Shown one piece after another: positions 1-9,986 of a stretch of DNA of 64,000 nucleotides. Position numbers and translations under genes: made by a program. This stretch comes from Candidatus Heimdallarchaeum endolithica. Its GTDB lineage: Archaea > Asgardarchaeota > Heimdallarchaeia > Heimdallarchaeales > Heimdallarchaeaceae. Below the pieces are notes generated by a model, which saw only the letters and a list, made by a program, of their open reading frames with translations, ran no database searches and was not told where the DNA came from. The stretch is taken from assembly GCA_021513715.1 (NCBI GenBank), contig CP084167.1, positions 3,008,001 through 3,072,000 of the forward strand, in the 5' to 3' direction. The first letter of the stretch is position 1. Every line of letters starts with the position of its first letter.

Positions 1-7
1 AGCAAAA

Positions 8-898
8 ATGGATAATGGACAGATTCTAGAGTTTGTAGAAAGTACCCCACCTCCTATTCCCAGAGAAAAAAAATGGGTCTTAATAATCTCAACAATGTTT
101 GGTTGTCCAATTCAATGCTTAATGTGTGATGCTGGAGAGTATTATAATGGAAACGTTTCAAAAGAGCAAATGCTAGAGGAAATTGATTTCTTAATAAAGA
201 GTAGATTTTCAGATATAAAGTACATAGATGTTCCTAAATTTAAAATTCAATTTGCTAGAATGGGAGAACCTACTTTAAATGATGATGTACTTGAGGTAAT
301 AAGAGAACTTCCTTCAATCTATGATGCTCCTGGTCTTATGCCTTGTATTAGTACAGTCGCTCCGAGAACAGCAAGAGAGTTTATGGAAAGATTGTTGGTT
401 ATAAAAGACCAATTATACTCAAATGGAAAGTTCCAGCTCCAATTTTCAATTCACTCTACAAATGAAGAAATAAGAAAAGAAATTATGACATCAAATATTT
501 GGACATTAGAAGAAATCGCAGAGTATGGACAACGTTGGTTTAAAGAAGGAGATAGGAAAATTACATTGAACTTTGCAGTTGTTAAAAATTATGAGATAGA
601 CCCTGTTACTTTAAGAAGAATTTTTGATCCAGAAAAGTATATTATCAAAATAACTCCTATCAACCCAACCAATAAAGCACTAGAAAATAATCTTGAATCA
701 GCAATAAATGAGGAAAATGAACATTATTTTCCACTTGTTGAGGAGTTGAAAAAACTAGGTTTTGAAACATTTATTAGTATTGGAGAATGGGAAGAAAATA
801 AAATAGGGACAAACTGTGGTCAATTTGCTACGCGATCAAATAAAGGACAAGTTGAAATAAAAGAGACTTACTTAACTACACAATATAAGTTAAATTAA
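8..898 (+). CDS. Radical SAM protein, RlmN/Cfr-like (probably 5'-truncated by window edge)
   Basis: CxxxCxxC (CPIQCLMC), ARMGEP resembling RlmN MGMGEP, C-terminal IGTNCGQ resembling RlmN ACGQ. Confidence 0.75.
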   Translation: MDNGQILEFVESTPPPIPREKKWVLIISTMFGCPIQCLMCDAGEYYNGNVSKEQMLEEIDFLIKSRFSDIKYIDVPKFKIQFARMGEPTLNDDVLEVIRELPSIYDAPGLMPCISTVAPRTAREFMERLLVIKDQLYSNGKFQLQFSIHSTNEEIRKEIMTSNIWTLEEIAEYGQRWFKEGDRKITLNFAVVKNYEIDPVTLRRIFDPEKYIIKITPINPTNKALENNLESAINEENEHYFPLVEELKKLGFETFISIGEWEENKIGTNCGQFATRSNKGQVEIKETYLTTQYKLN

Positions 899-915
899 AA
901 AAAATATAAAAAAGA

Positions 916-2046
916 TCATTTTGTAGAAGGCTCTAATTTTTCATATCCCCAATGATCTCTATAGTTTGACCAATATTTATTTACCCTTTCTATCACATCG
1001 TCTGTTATTCTATGTTTATTTGGTTTATATTCTCTTTTTTGTGTTTCTGCATATTTTCTCATATTTTCTCTATATTCTTCTTTTAGCTCTAAACCTAGTT
1101 CAGAATATATTCTGTCTATATGTTTCATTGGTTCTTCAATAAATTCTTCATATTTTAGATGAACAATATTTCCTTCAGGGATTAGTTTGATATCTCGTTC
1201 AAGATGTTCATAAAGTGATTTGTAATTCCGCAAGATATCTAATTTCATTTTTTCATCATCCCAAGTTTGTAAAGTATAAATAGCAAAAACTTCATCAAAG
1301 AATTTGTAAGTACTTGGATAAACCTCATATGGGTTTCTATATGTATGAATAAACTTTGCATTAGGAAACATTTCTAGTATGTGAGGAATACGATAGCTGT
1401 TTGTTGGGTTTTTGAAAATCATTTGTCTTCCTTTATATTTTAGAGTCATCTTCTGAACAAAATAATAGTATACTTTCTTCCATTTTTCTAAATCTTTTGG
1501 TAATCCCTCAAAATTTAAGCAACGAGTATACTGATCAAAATTTCTAGGAAAGATAAATCCATTGTAATAACCATATTTGGACATGGCTCCAATTGAATAT
1601 TCTTCTTCTGTTGGTTCTTCTGCACCCATTGGAACATTATCCATAGGTCGAATATCAGGTAGTGACATATCAATTAAAGCTTTTGTAATTTTGGGAAATG
1701 AAAGAAAGAAATGGGGTGCATAACCTTCTAAATTGGAAACATAACCACGATCTTTATCCATTGCTAACAAAGTCATTAAATAGGTTGTTCCTGTTCTATA
1801 ATGACCAATCACAAAAACTGGGTCTGTTTTTATTTCAGTCTTCTTTATTTTTCTATGGTACAATATTCTCTCTATTATTCTCATTGGAGCAGTTATTGTG
1901 GCTAGCCCCATCGCGTACCAGAATCTTAAATAATATTTTGGATGAATTCTGAATTTATTTTCCAATAACAACCTGAAAATGTTTGTGAAAGACATTCCTG
2001 CTAAAGGTTCTTCTTTACAAATCAACCAAGTTTTCTTGTGTGCCAT
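916..2046 (-). CDS. Sulfotransferase family protein
   Basis: 5'-PSB-like motif IGHYRTGTTYL, KNP, 3'-PB-like FIHTYRNP, LKYEEF; ATG at 2046 preferred over 2055. Confidence 0.85.
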   Translation of the reverse strand: MAHKKTWLICKEEPLAGMSFTNIFRLLLENKFRIHPKYYLRFWYAMGLATITAPMRIIERILYHRKIKKTEIKTDPVFVIGHYRTGTTYLMTLLAMDKDRGYVSNLEGYAPHFFLSFPKITKALIDMSLPDIRPMDNVPMGAEEPTEEEYSIGAMSKYGYYNGFIFPRNFDQYTRCLNFEGLPKDLEKWKKVYYYFVQKMTLKYKGRQMIFKNPTNSYRIPHILEMFPNAKFIHTYRNPYEVYPSTYKFFDEVFAIYTLQTWDDEKMKLDILRNYKSLYEHLERDIKLIPEGNIVHLKYEEFIEEPMKHIDRIYSELGLELKEEYRENMRKYAETQKREYKPNKHRITDDVIERVNKYWSNYRDHWGYEKLEPSTK

Positions 2047-2294
2047 AAAAATCACTTTCGTTCTCTAAGTCCTCAACAAATGCACTTGGTTATAAAATTA
2101 ATTCTGAAATGAAACTGAAAGCTAACTTTTTGTCTTTTTTTTTGACGAAATTTACTACTATATAAAAAATAATCTTGTGGTTACATATTTCAAAAGAAAA
2201 ATATGTAATATTGTAGGTAATTAATGATTAAAAGATAAAGATTTTTGTAGCTAGAGAGAATTCTATCATTCTTTATTAAAAATAAAAAGGTAAA

Positions 2295-2657
2295 TCATCT
2301 CTTTTTGGTTGATGCTACAATATAAACTATTCCTGCGATTACGACTATTAATCCTGGGAGACCTATACCAATAATCCCTAGTACTATCAATACAATCCCC
2401 AGTAGTAGGTCTGACAATTTAGAAGAGGGTAGGGCTATAGCAAGTATTCCTAGAACTATTGTTATAACTGCAATAATAAAATCATAGCCTATGAGTTTTA
2501 ATAAAAACCCTTTTGCAATAAGGTCAAGTTCAAGAGTTCCAATATTAAATTGGAGCAAAATATGTAGAATTAAGAAAACTCCTCCCAAAATATATAAAAC
2601 TCCTCCAATGATCGAAAGAGTTTTTCCCCATTTCTCTAATTTAGTTTTTCGAGCCAT
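2295..2657 (-). CDS. Small integral membrane protein (3-4 TM)
   Basis: Strongly hydrophobic 120 aa with basic termini. Confidence 0.7.
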   Translation of the reverse strand: MARKTKLEKWGKTLSIIGGVLYILGGVFLILHILLQFNIGTLELDLIAKGFLLKLIGYDFIIAVITIVLGILAIALPSSKLSDLLLGIVLIVLGIIGIGLPGLIVVIAGIVYIVASTKKR

Positions 2658-2699
2658 ATTTTTTTAAAAGTGATTCACTATTTTAGTTTTTCTACAATT

Positions 2700-3071
2700 T
2701 TAACATGTAATATGAAATAAAGCAACAATAGGTTGTTTTTTTTCTAGCGCTAAATTTACTTTTGGTATTATTTTTGGAGTTGTTTCTTCAATGACTTTAA
2801 CTTTAGAATTTTCTAAAATTTTCCTTGTTGTGGCTGGAATAGGCAAAACACCAAATTGCCCTTTTCCAATAAAGAATAATTCCGGTTTATACGATAGTAG
2901 AAATTCAGCTTCTTTTTCGCCAAAACAAGTATGACCTTTTATTTTGTAAGATAGTTCTTTTTTTCTCTTTTGTATAACTAATTCATTATTCTCTAAAACA
3001 ATATAAACATCGTTAGAATATTTTTCCCCATCAATAATAATTTGTCCAAAAGAAGTTTTCTCAATTTTCAA
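2700..3071 (-). CDS. Mth938-like domain protein
   Basis: SFGQIIIDG..YSNDV, IGKGQFG, C-terminal ALFHITC; AGGTGA SD before TTG start. Confidence 0.85.
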   Translation of the reverse strand: MKIEKTSFGQIIIDGEKYSNDVYIVLENNELVIQKRKKELSYKIKGHTCFGEKEAEFLLSYKPELFFIGKGQFGVLPIPATTRKILENSKVKVIEETTPKIIPKVNLALEKKQPIVALFHITC

Positions 3072-3402
3072 CGAATCACCTCAATTTATTTTGTATTTCT
3101 GCTAATTATCCCAGTTATTTTTAAATATTAATTGTTTTTCATTAAATAATCAACTTAATTTTTGCACAAGGTGATTATACCAATCTTGTTATTTGAAAGT
3201 TCAGAGAGAAAAAAACTATTCTACAGAGCTAGACGAGATACTTGGACACTTTTCCACTGCGGAAACTAGATGAGACAGTAGAGACAATTATCAGTTCAAT
3301 TAGAAAGCCAAATAAATAAACAAATATAATGATTATTTTTCTTTCTTCTTCCTTCCCTCCCTATTGCTAAACTTTAAAATACTTGTACAAAAAAAGTTCT
3401 TT

Positions 3403-4791
3403 ATGAGTAATATTCGAGAAAACTTTGTTATTCTCGCTATTGTTTCTCTAACTTCCTTTACAATTTCTTTCGCTGGGTCATCATTGAATCTTGCTATTCC
3501 AATAATGCAAATTGATCTTCAAGCAGATTCGCCCACAATGAGTTGGTTTGTTACAATCTATATTTTAGCAACAGCTATGTTTCAAATACCTTTTGCTAAA
3601 CTTTCTGACATCTTCGATAGAAAATTAATTTATTTATTAGGACTATTCATTTTTTCTATGTCCTGTGTTGTAATTATTTTTTGTAAAAATATTTCTTTAT
3701 TGCTTTTACTTCGTTTTCTCCAAGGTTTTGGTGGAGCTTTAACATATGCTACTGGAACAGCAATTCTAGCTAATACTTTTTCACCAGAAATTAAAGGAAA
3801 AATATTTGGAATAAATATTTCATCAGTTTATTTTGGGTTGACAACAGGACCAGTAGTTGGAGGATTGATTGTTAGTTATTTTTCTTGGAGAGGGATTTTT
3901 GTTGTAATTTCCTTATTGGGTGTTCTTTCATCAATTCTAATTTTGTTGAAAGTTGACATTAATCTAGAAAAAATTTCTGGTGAAAGGTTTGATTTTTTAG
4001 GAGCTCTATTTTATACACTTACACTTATTGCTCTTCTGTATGGTTTTAGAATACTGCCAAAAACTGTGGGTTACATTCTTATAGGAAGTTCAATTCTTTT
4101 TAGTGTATTCTTTATTTTCTGGGAATCAAAAGTAGCCAATCCCTTAATCCAATTATCTATCTTTAAAAACAACAGATTTTTTACATTTGCTAATTTATCA
4201 TCAATAACTTATTATGCTTCAGTTTCTGCTATAGCTTTTTTAATAAATTTGTTTTTGCAAAATGTAAAAAACTTATCTCCTCAAGTTGTAGGCTTTATTT
4301 TGCTTTCACGTCCTTTATCGCAAGCTCTTGTAGCCCCTTTTGGAGGTTTACTCTCTGATAGGGTTGAACATAGAATTTTAACAACTATAGGAACAATTTT
4401 GGGAGCTTTAAGTTTGTTATTCTTTCTTTTTCTTAATGCTAATACTCCTATATATTTAATTCTTTTAAGTCTAATGTTAGGTGGAATAGGTTTTGGTCTT
4501 TTTTCTTCTCCTAATACCAATTCAATAATGAGTGGAGTGGGAAGAAAATATTATAACACAGCTTCAGCATTAATTGGAACTATGAGAACAATTGGACAAA
4601 CAATATCAATGGGTATAGTCACAATTGTCTTTGCTATTCTGATTGGAAAAGAACAAGTTGGAACTGCTATTTATAATAGTAAATTAATTGAAAGTACTAA
4701 TATTTTATTTACTATATTTCTTGGTATAAGTATAGTAGCTTCAATATTCTCTTTTTTGAGAGGAAAGCAATTTAATGTTCATAATGACTAA
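3403..4791 (+). CDS. MFS transporter, DHA2/EmrB-like 14-TMS
   Basis: Motif A KLSDIFDRK and LLSDRVEHR, RFLQGFGGA, GPVVGG..WRGIF. Confidence 0.9.
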   Translation: MSNIRENFVILAIVSLTSFTISFAGSSLNLAIPIMQIDLQADSPTMSWFVTIYILATAMFQIPFAKLSDIFDRKLIYLLGLFIFSMSCVVIIFCKNISLLLLLRFLQGFGGALTYATGTAILANTFSPEIKGKIFGINISSVYFGLTTGPVVGGLIVSYFSWRGIFVVISLLGVLSSILILLKVDINLEKISGERFDFLGALFYTLTLIALLYGFRILPKTVGYILIGSSILFSVFFIFWESKVANPLIQLSIFKNNRFFTFANLSSITYYASVSAIAFLINLFLQNVKNLSPQVVGFILLSRPLSQALVAPFGGLLSDRVEHRILTTIGTILGALSLLFFLFLNANTPIYLILLSLMLGGIGFGLFSSPNTNSIMSGVGRKYYNTASALIGTMRTIGQTISMGIVTIVFAILIGKEQVGTAIYNSKLIESTNILFTIFLGISIVASIFSFLRGKQFNVHND

Positions 4792-4838
4792 TCATTTTTA
4801 AGAAATAATTAAATATCATTAGTTTTTTTTTGTTCAAC

Positions 4839-6269
4839 ATGACTGGATTTAGAAACTATTTTACTAATATAAAAGAGAATTATAATAAAGCAAAAGAAGG
4901 AGAAGGTTTTTCTTTTCTTTTCACGATTGTAATTGGTTTAGGTTTCTTTACCACTGCAATTACATGGTCGATGTATAATGTTTATATCCCTACCTATTTG
5001 GATGAATACCTGAAATTAAATTGGGGTGAATTGAGTTTTGCTAGTACAATTATCGGTTTTATAATGGTTTTAGATAATATTACTGCAGTTCTTATGCAAC
5101 CTTGGATAGGTCATATTAGTGATCGAATATGGAAAAGATACTCTCCTGGTAAGTGGGGACGAAGAATGCCTTTTATTGTTATAGGAATCCCTCTTGGAGC
5201 ATTGTTTTTTGCAATGTTGGGGTTGTTTGGTACTGATACTTTTAATGGAAATCCTATGACAGGTTTTATACTACTGTTACTAACCATAGGTGGATTTAAT
5301 ATTTCAATGGCATTGTATCGTTCTCCTGTTGTAGCATTAATGCCTGATTTAGTGCCAAAAGAATATCGAAGCAGAGGAAACGGTTTAATCAACTTAATGG
5401 GCGGAGTAGGCGCACTAGTTGCTTTGTTTATTTTACCAATTGTTTATCGAGTAAACCCTTTGTTAGCTTACTTTATTGTAAGTTTAGTGATGATTTTCTG
5501 CTTAGTTATCCTATTCTTTACAATAACTGAACCAGAAGTACTCAAAGACAAGGAAGAAAAAGAAGAAGTGAAAATTATTCAAACTTTGAAAGAATTTTTT
5601 TCACAGAAAGATAAAAGCATGATTTTTATCTTATTTGCTATTTTCGCTTGGTTCTTAGGTTATAATATCATCGAAACGTTTTTTTCGTTGTACGGTGTTA
5701 ATATCCTTCAGATAGAGAAAGAAGATGCTAGCACTATTTTGGGGGTATTAGCTTTAATGTTCATTCTCTCCTCTGTACCTGCTGGTTTTATTGCAAAGAA
5801 GATTGGAAGAAAAAGAACAATCTTAGTAGGATTAGCAATAATTTTAGTGGCTTTGGTTGTTGCTGCGATTTTTTCTGTATTAGCAATCCCAAGTTTACAA
5901 GCTCGAACAACATTCTTGGGAATGGATGTTCCTTATACAGCTTTTATTATCCTAGGTTGCTTTTTCTTCAGCGGTATAGGCTGGGCTTTTGTAAATATCA
6001 ATAGTATTGTTATTGTTTGGACTTTAGCTGGGAAAGAGCGAGTAGGAGCAGGAACAGGAGTGTATTACTTCTTCTCTGCTTCAGCTGCAATAATTGGACC
6101 AGTTCTAATAGGCGGAATATTCGACTTAATTAGGTACATATTTGGTCTTCCAGCAGGATTACAATATAAAACTTTATTCTTCTTCTCATCCTTCTTCTAT
6201 TTAGTAGCATTTGTTCTCACTCTTTTCGTTAAAACTACTGGAGTAGAAGGAGAAAAAGAAGAGGAGTAA
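4839..6269 (+). CDS. MFS transporter, SLC45/sugar (maltose-type) symporter-like
   Basis: QPWIGHISDR..WGRRMPF, ALMPDLVP, KKIGRKRT. Confidence 0.85.
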   Translation: MTGFRNYFTNIKENYNKAKEGEGFSFLFTIVIGLGFFTTAITWSMYNVYIPTYLDEYLKLNWGELSFASTIIGFIMVLDNITAVLMQPWIGHISDRIWKRYSPGKWGRRMPFIVIGIPLGALFFAMLGLFGTDTFNGNPMTGFILLLLTIGGFNISMALYRSPVVALMPDLVPKEYRSRGNGLINLMGGVGALVALFILPIVYRVNPLLAYFIVSLVMIFCLVILFFTITEPEVLKDKEEKEEVKIIQTLKEFFSQKDKSMIFILFAIFAWFLGYNIIETFFSLYGVNILQIEKEDASTILGVLALMFILSSVPAGFIAKKIGRKRTILVGLAIILVALVVAAIFSVLAIPSLQARTTFLGMDVPYTAFIILGCFFFSGIGWAFVNINSIVIVWTLAGKERVGAGTGVYYFFSASAAIIGPVLIGGIFDLIRYIFGLPAGLQYKTLFFFSSFFYLVAFVLTLFVKTTGVEGEKEEE

Positions 6270-6283
6270 ATTAATCCTTTTTT

Positions 6284-9262
6284 TTATTCTTTTGAAGAAG
6301 AAGGAAGAAAAACCATTCCTTCTTTTCTTTTTGCATCTACTCTTACTATTAAAGGTACTTCTGTTTGAACATGGACAACATATTTTTTCTCTTCAACAAT
6401 TTTCTGTTCTCTTAACCACCCCCAATTTATGACATGTTTTTCCAGATTGTGCTTTATGTATAGGTAACCTAAATTGCCTGCAACGATAGAAGAGAAAAAG
6501 TGACTTCCTTGACTAAAATCTACACTGAAATCTGCTGTTGAAGCTTCGACAATAGCTATTGCTCCGTTAATATTGGTCCATTTGACAGGAATTCCTAGAA
6601 ATCTATCTGCCGTTCCCCATCGACCAAAACCAATTAAGATATAAGGTAAGTTTTTATCACTTAAAATAGCATTTAACTCATCTATTTCTTGAACAATCTC
6701 AAGTGTCTTTGTTTTATCAAAGGTTTCTGGTCTAACAAAAACGATATCATTGATGTCTTTTCTTATTAAGTTACCACTAACTGTGTTTGAGAAAAGAATA
6801 ATTTTATCTTTTTGTATCATAGAATAATCCTCAAATTCTAGTTCTTCTTGTAATAGAAAAGGTCGAATTTGAAGCATGTAGAATTGATCTCTTTCTTCTT
6901 TATTAGATCTGAAATTACCTGCAAATTCTATTTCAATTGAAGAACCCATAGCTTTTTCTCCAATTTCCATCATTGTATTAACTATCTCAGCTAGAGGAAA
7001 TATCTCTAGTTTTAATTGTTGATTAAAAGTTATAACAGGAGAACCTTTTTGATAATATCCTGTCCTTAATGTTTCAGAATTAAAGTCATATGTATCTGCT
7101 ATCTTAGTCAGTGTTCCATCTTTTATTGCATGAGTTAAATTATACTTTTTCACATAAGGGTCTGTAGTTTCAATATCAAATTCATCTTTTTCAATATCTA
7201 TAGCATAGAATGAGTTTTGACTTTGGTTAAGAAGCTCTTTAATATCTGCATAATAGTTCACTTTTGGATATTTGGGACTGAATCGGATTGATTGTCCTCC
7301 TTCTACAACATATCTTCCTAAACCCAAAGCCACACTAGCTATCCTATCCTCTGATTTCATATAATGACCTATAGGATAAAAATTGAAGGAGGACGCTGTT
7401 CCACTAAAATTGGGATAGTATCTCCCATCGTATCGTTTTCCCACGACCTCTTGTATAACAACAGCCATTTTAGACTGCTCTACAGTCATATCAATTAACT
7501 CTGCATATGTTCTTGCAAGTTTCAAAAAGGGTGACGCGTAGACTAATTTTATTGCTGTACATAGTTGATTTAAACGTTTTTTATTATCTGGATTATTATT
7601 AGGTAACATATATGTTTCAAAAATTCCAGCAAAAGGCTGATAAGCTGAATCTTCCAACAAGCTTGAAGAACGAATAGCTAAAGGCTTTTTAAGGTCTTTA
7701 AGTAAGAACTGTAAATCCTCTCTCAAACTAGAAGATAATTTAGCTTTAACGAACTTTTCTTTTATTTGTTTATCTGTAACATTTGGTTTGTGAGCAAATT
7801 CATATAAATTGTTATCAGACATGAATTTATCAAATTCATCAGTTCCTATGACAATTGTTTTAGGTATAGTAATCGTCACATCAGGAAACAAATCTTGAAG
7901 TTTAAAAGAATGGATTAAAAACATTAAAAATGCTACCCCTCTCCCCTTTCCTCCTAATGATCCTGGACGTAATCTTAAAAAAAGTATTTCTGGGTGATAA
8001 CTATCCTTGTTAAAATCATTTACTATTCCTTTAGTTTTCTCAACAACTATTCTTCGAAAATTATCCAATAAAAATTTTCTTAATTCTTCGTTAGTGAACT
8101 CTGAAACCTTTCTTGGTTTAAGCGCTTCTGCTACGTCAAATTCTCCTCTTGCGTTTAACCATCCTGAAAAATGGTCATTTTTTCCGTGATATTTTAACGA
8201 TTCATATGGAATTACTTTTAGCTGTTCATAAAAATCAATAATGTCTTTTGCTTTTCCTAATTCTTTGCCTTTTTCATCGCGAAAAATAAAATCACCAAAA
8301 CCTACACGCTCTAGTAACCATTTGTTTAGAGCGCTTATTATTTCATGACTCCCTTTGTAAATGAAAAAACACGCTAATTCATCTGCGATCTTTTGATATT
8401 CCTTCTTTGAAGATTGTAAAATAACTGGAAGGTTTTTAGTTTCTTTCTTTATCATCTTTATAAAATTAATACCTGCGTTTTTGTCTAAAACACCATTTCT
8501 AGGAAATTCAACATCAGTAATTACTCCTAAAACATTATCCTTATACTTTGAAAAATACTCTACTGCTTCCTCATAAGTTTCTGCAAGTAATATTTTAGGC
8601 CGTATCCTCATTTTAAGTAGGTCAAGATAATCGTTTGAACCTTCTAGTATTAATCTATGAGTTTGTTTCATTATTTCTCCATAAAGTTCTGGAAGAAGTA
8701 ATGAGTAGTGACGTATAGAATCTTCAACGAAAATAAAAACTCTAACATTTGCTATTTTAATATCGTTGTCAATATTAAATTTATCTTCTAAATGTTTAAC
8801 AATTGCCACAAATAACTTTGAATCTCCATTCCAAACAAAAATACGGTCAACATATTTTCTTTTAGATTTTTCAGGTAAATATTTGATCTCTACAATACTA
8901 TTTAGAAGAAGGACAACAGGAATATTTTTAATATTTTTCACTTTTTCTCCAAAAGAAAAGGGATTAATATCTCCCACACGACTCATAGTTATTACTAAAT
9001 CAAAATCCTCTTTTTTTATTAATTCTAAAGCCTCTGAAGCTAAAGAAACTCTTGTTATTCTCGGGAGTGTTCTTAAATTGAGATTGCGAAATTCTTCATA
9101 AACTTGGTCTGATAATCTTCCGTCTTCTTCTAAGAGGAAACTATCATAAATGGAACTTACTATTAATATATTCTTCATTCTTATTTTCATTAATTCATGA
9201 AATACTTTGTACCTCGGTTTATATTCTGAAAATAACTGATTTGATCCTCTTATAAAATCCAA
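6284..9262 (-). CDS. Receiver-like domains fused to PEP/pyruvate-binding (PPDK_N ATP-grasp) domain
   Basis: GSLGGKGRG, PLAIRSSSLLEDS..FAG, MAVVIQEVVG, IEIEFA, LQIRP; VITDVEFP receiver-like; AGGAG SD before TTG at 9262 (ORF open to 9340). Confidence 0.85.
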   Translation of the reverse strand: MDFIRGSNQLFSEYKPRYKVFHELMKIRMKNILIVSSIYDSFLLEEDGRLSDQVYEEFRNLNLRTLPRITRVSLASEALELIKKEDFDLVITMSRVGDINPFSFGEKVKNIKNIPVVLLLNSIVEIKYLPEKSKRKYVDRIFVWNGDSKLFVAIVKHLEDKFNIDNDIKIANVRVFIFVEDSIRHYSLLLPELYGEIMKQTHRLILEGSNDYLDLLKMRIRPKILLAETYEEAVEYFSKYKDNVLGVITDVEFPRNGVLDKNAGINFIKMIKKETKNLPVILQSSKKEYQKIADELACFFIYKGSHEIISALNKWLLERVGFGDFIFRDEKGKELGKAKDIIDFYEQLKVIPYESLKYHGKNDHFSGWLNARGEFDVAEALKPRKVSEFTNEELRKFLLDNFRRIVVEKTKGIVNDFNKDSYHPEILFLRLRPGSLGGKGRGVAFLMFLIHSFKLQDLFPDVTITIPKTIVIGTDEFDKFMSDNNLYEFAHKPNVTDKQIKEKFVKAKLSSSLREDLQFLLKDLKKPLAIRSSSLLEDSAYQPFAGIFETYMLPNNNPDNKKRLNQLCTAIKLVYASPFLKLARTYAELIDMTVEQSKMAVVIQEVVGKRYDGRYYPNFSGTASSFNFYPIGHYMKSEDRIASVALGLGRYVVEGGQSIRFSPKYPKVNYYADIKELLNQSQNSFYAIDIEKDEFDIETTDPYVKKYNLTHAIKDGTLTKIADTYDFNSETLRTGYYQKGSPVITFNQQLKLEIFPLAEIVNTMMEIGEKAMGSSIEIEFAGNFRSNKEERDQFYMLQIRPFLLQEELEFEDYSMIQKDKIILFSNTVSGNLIRKDINDIVFVRPETFDKTKTLEIVQEIDELNAILSDKNLPYILIGFGRWGTADRFLGIPVKWTNINGAIAIVEASTADFSVDFSQGSHFFSSIVAGNLGYLYIKHNLEKHVINWGWLREQKIVEEKKYVVHVQTEVPLIVRVDAKRKEGMVFLPSSSKE

Positions 9263-9502
9263 CTTTTTCTCTCCTTTTGCTACTATTACATTATTTTGTC
9301 TTCTTCCTATTATTGTTTTCCTTGTGTTCTTAAAAATCACTGTTTAGCGCTTTTTAACTTTTGAATCAGAGATTCAAAAGACACGTTTTACTCTTTTTTT
9401 GCTTTTTTGATGATTTTAGTTGAAAATATCTATAAATTTGGGAGATAAATATATGGTTTCAAAGGAAAAAGTATTTAAATAAAGTATTAGACGAACTCAT
9501 AC

Positions 9503-9515
9503 GTAACTAAGTTAC
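9503..9515. promoter_or_regulatory. Palindrome GTAACT-A-AGTTAC downstream of alba TATA-like box (TTTAAATA ~9474)
   Basis: Perfect 6-1-6 inverted repeat near the expected TSS; near-identical copy at 19344-19356. Confidence 0.4.
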
Positions 9516-9535
9516 TTATTTACAAGGTGAAAAAA

Positions 9536-9826
9536 ATGTCTGAAGGAGAAAATCAAGAAAGCGTAATTTTTATTGGCCGAAAATCGACTATTTCTTATGT
9601 GTTGGTAGCTGTTACCATACTAAATAAGAATGATACTTGCAATATTCAAGCACGTGGAAGACAAATTTCCAAGGCTGTTGATGTTGCAGAAATTACTCGA
9701 CGCAAATTCCTTGCTGATCAAGTCGTTGTAGACAATGTCACAATCTCATCAGAAGAATTGCCTTCTGATAATGGAGAAGGAACAAAAACAGTAAGTACAA
9801 TTGAAATTACTCTCAAAAAGAAATAG
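9536..9826 (+). CDS. albA: DNA/RNA-binding protein Alba
   Basis: IFIGRK..YVL, QARGRQISKAVDVAEI, VSTIEITL; AGGTGA SD. Confidence 0.95.
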   Translation: MSEGENQESVIFIGRKSTISYVLVAVTILNKNDTCNIQARGRQISKAVDVAEITRRKFLADQVVVDNVTISSEELPSDNGEGTKTVSTIEITLKKK

Positions 9827-9986
9827 TCTGTGAGAGTAGTTAAACGCAGAGATTTTTCCAATAATTTTTCTTTTTGTTTTATTTTGAAACTATTTTTCTG
9901 CTTATTTCCGTTTAATAGCATAGTTTGTGAAAATTCTGCGCTATTTCAAAATATTATTATATCTAAACTTTAAACAGTTATAGACA

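Noticed and set aside
3251-3266. ORB-like TTTCCACTGCGGAAAC
   Set aside because: Single copy, spacing differs from ORB, no G-string or initiator gene
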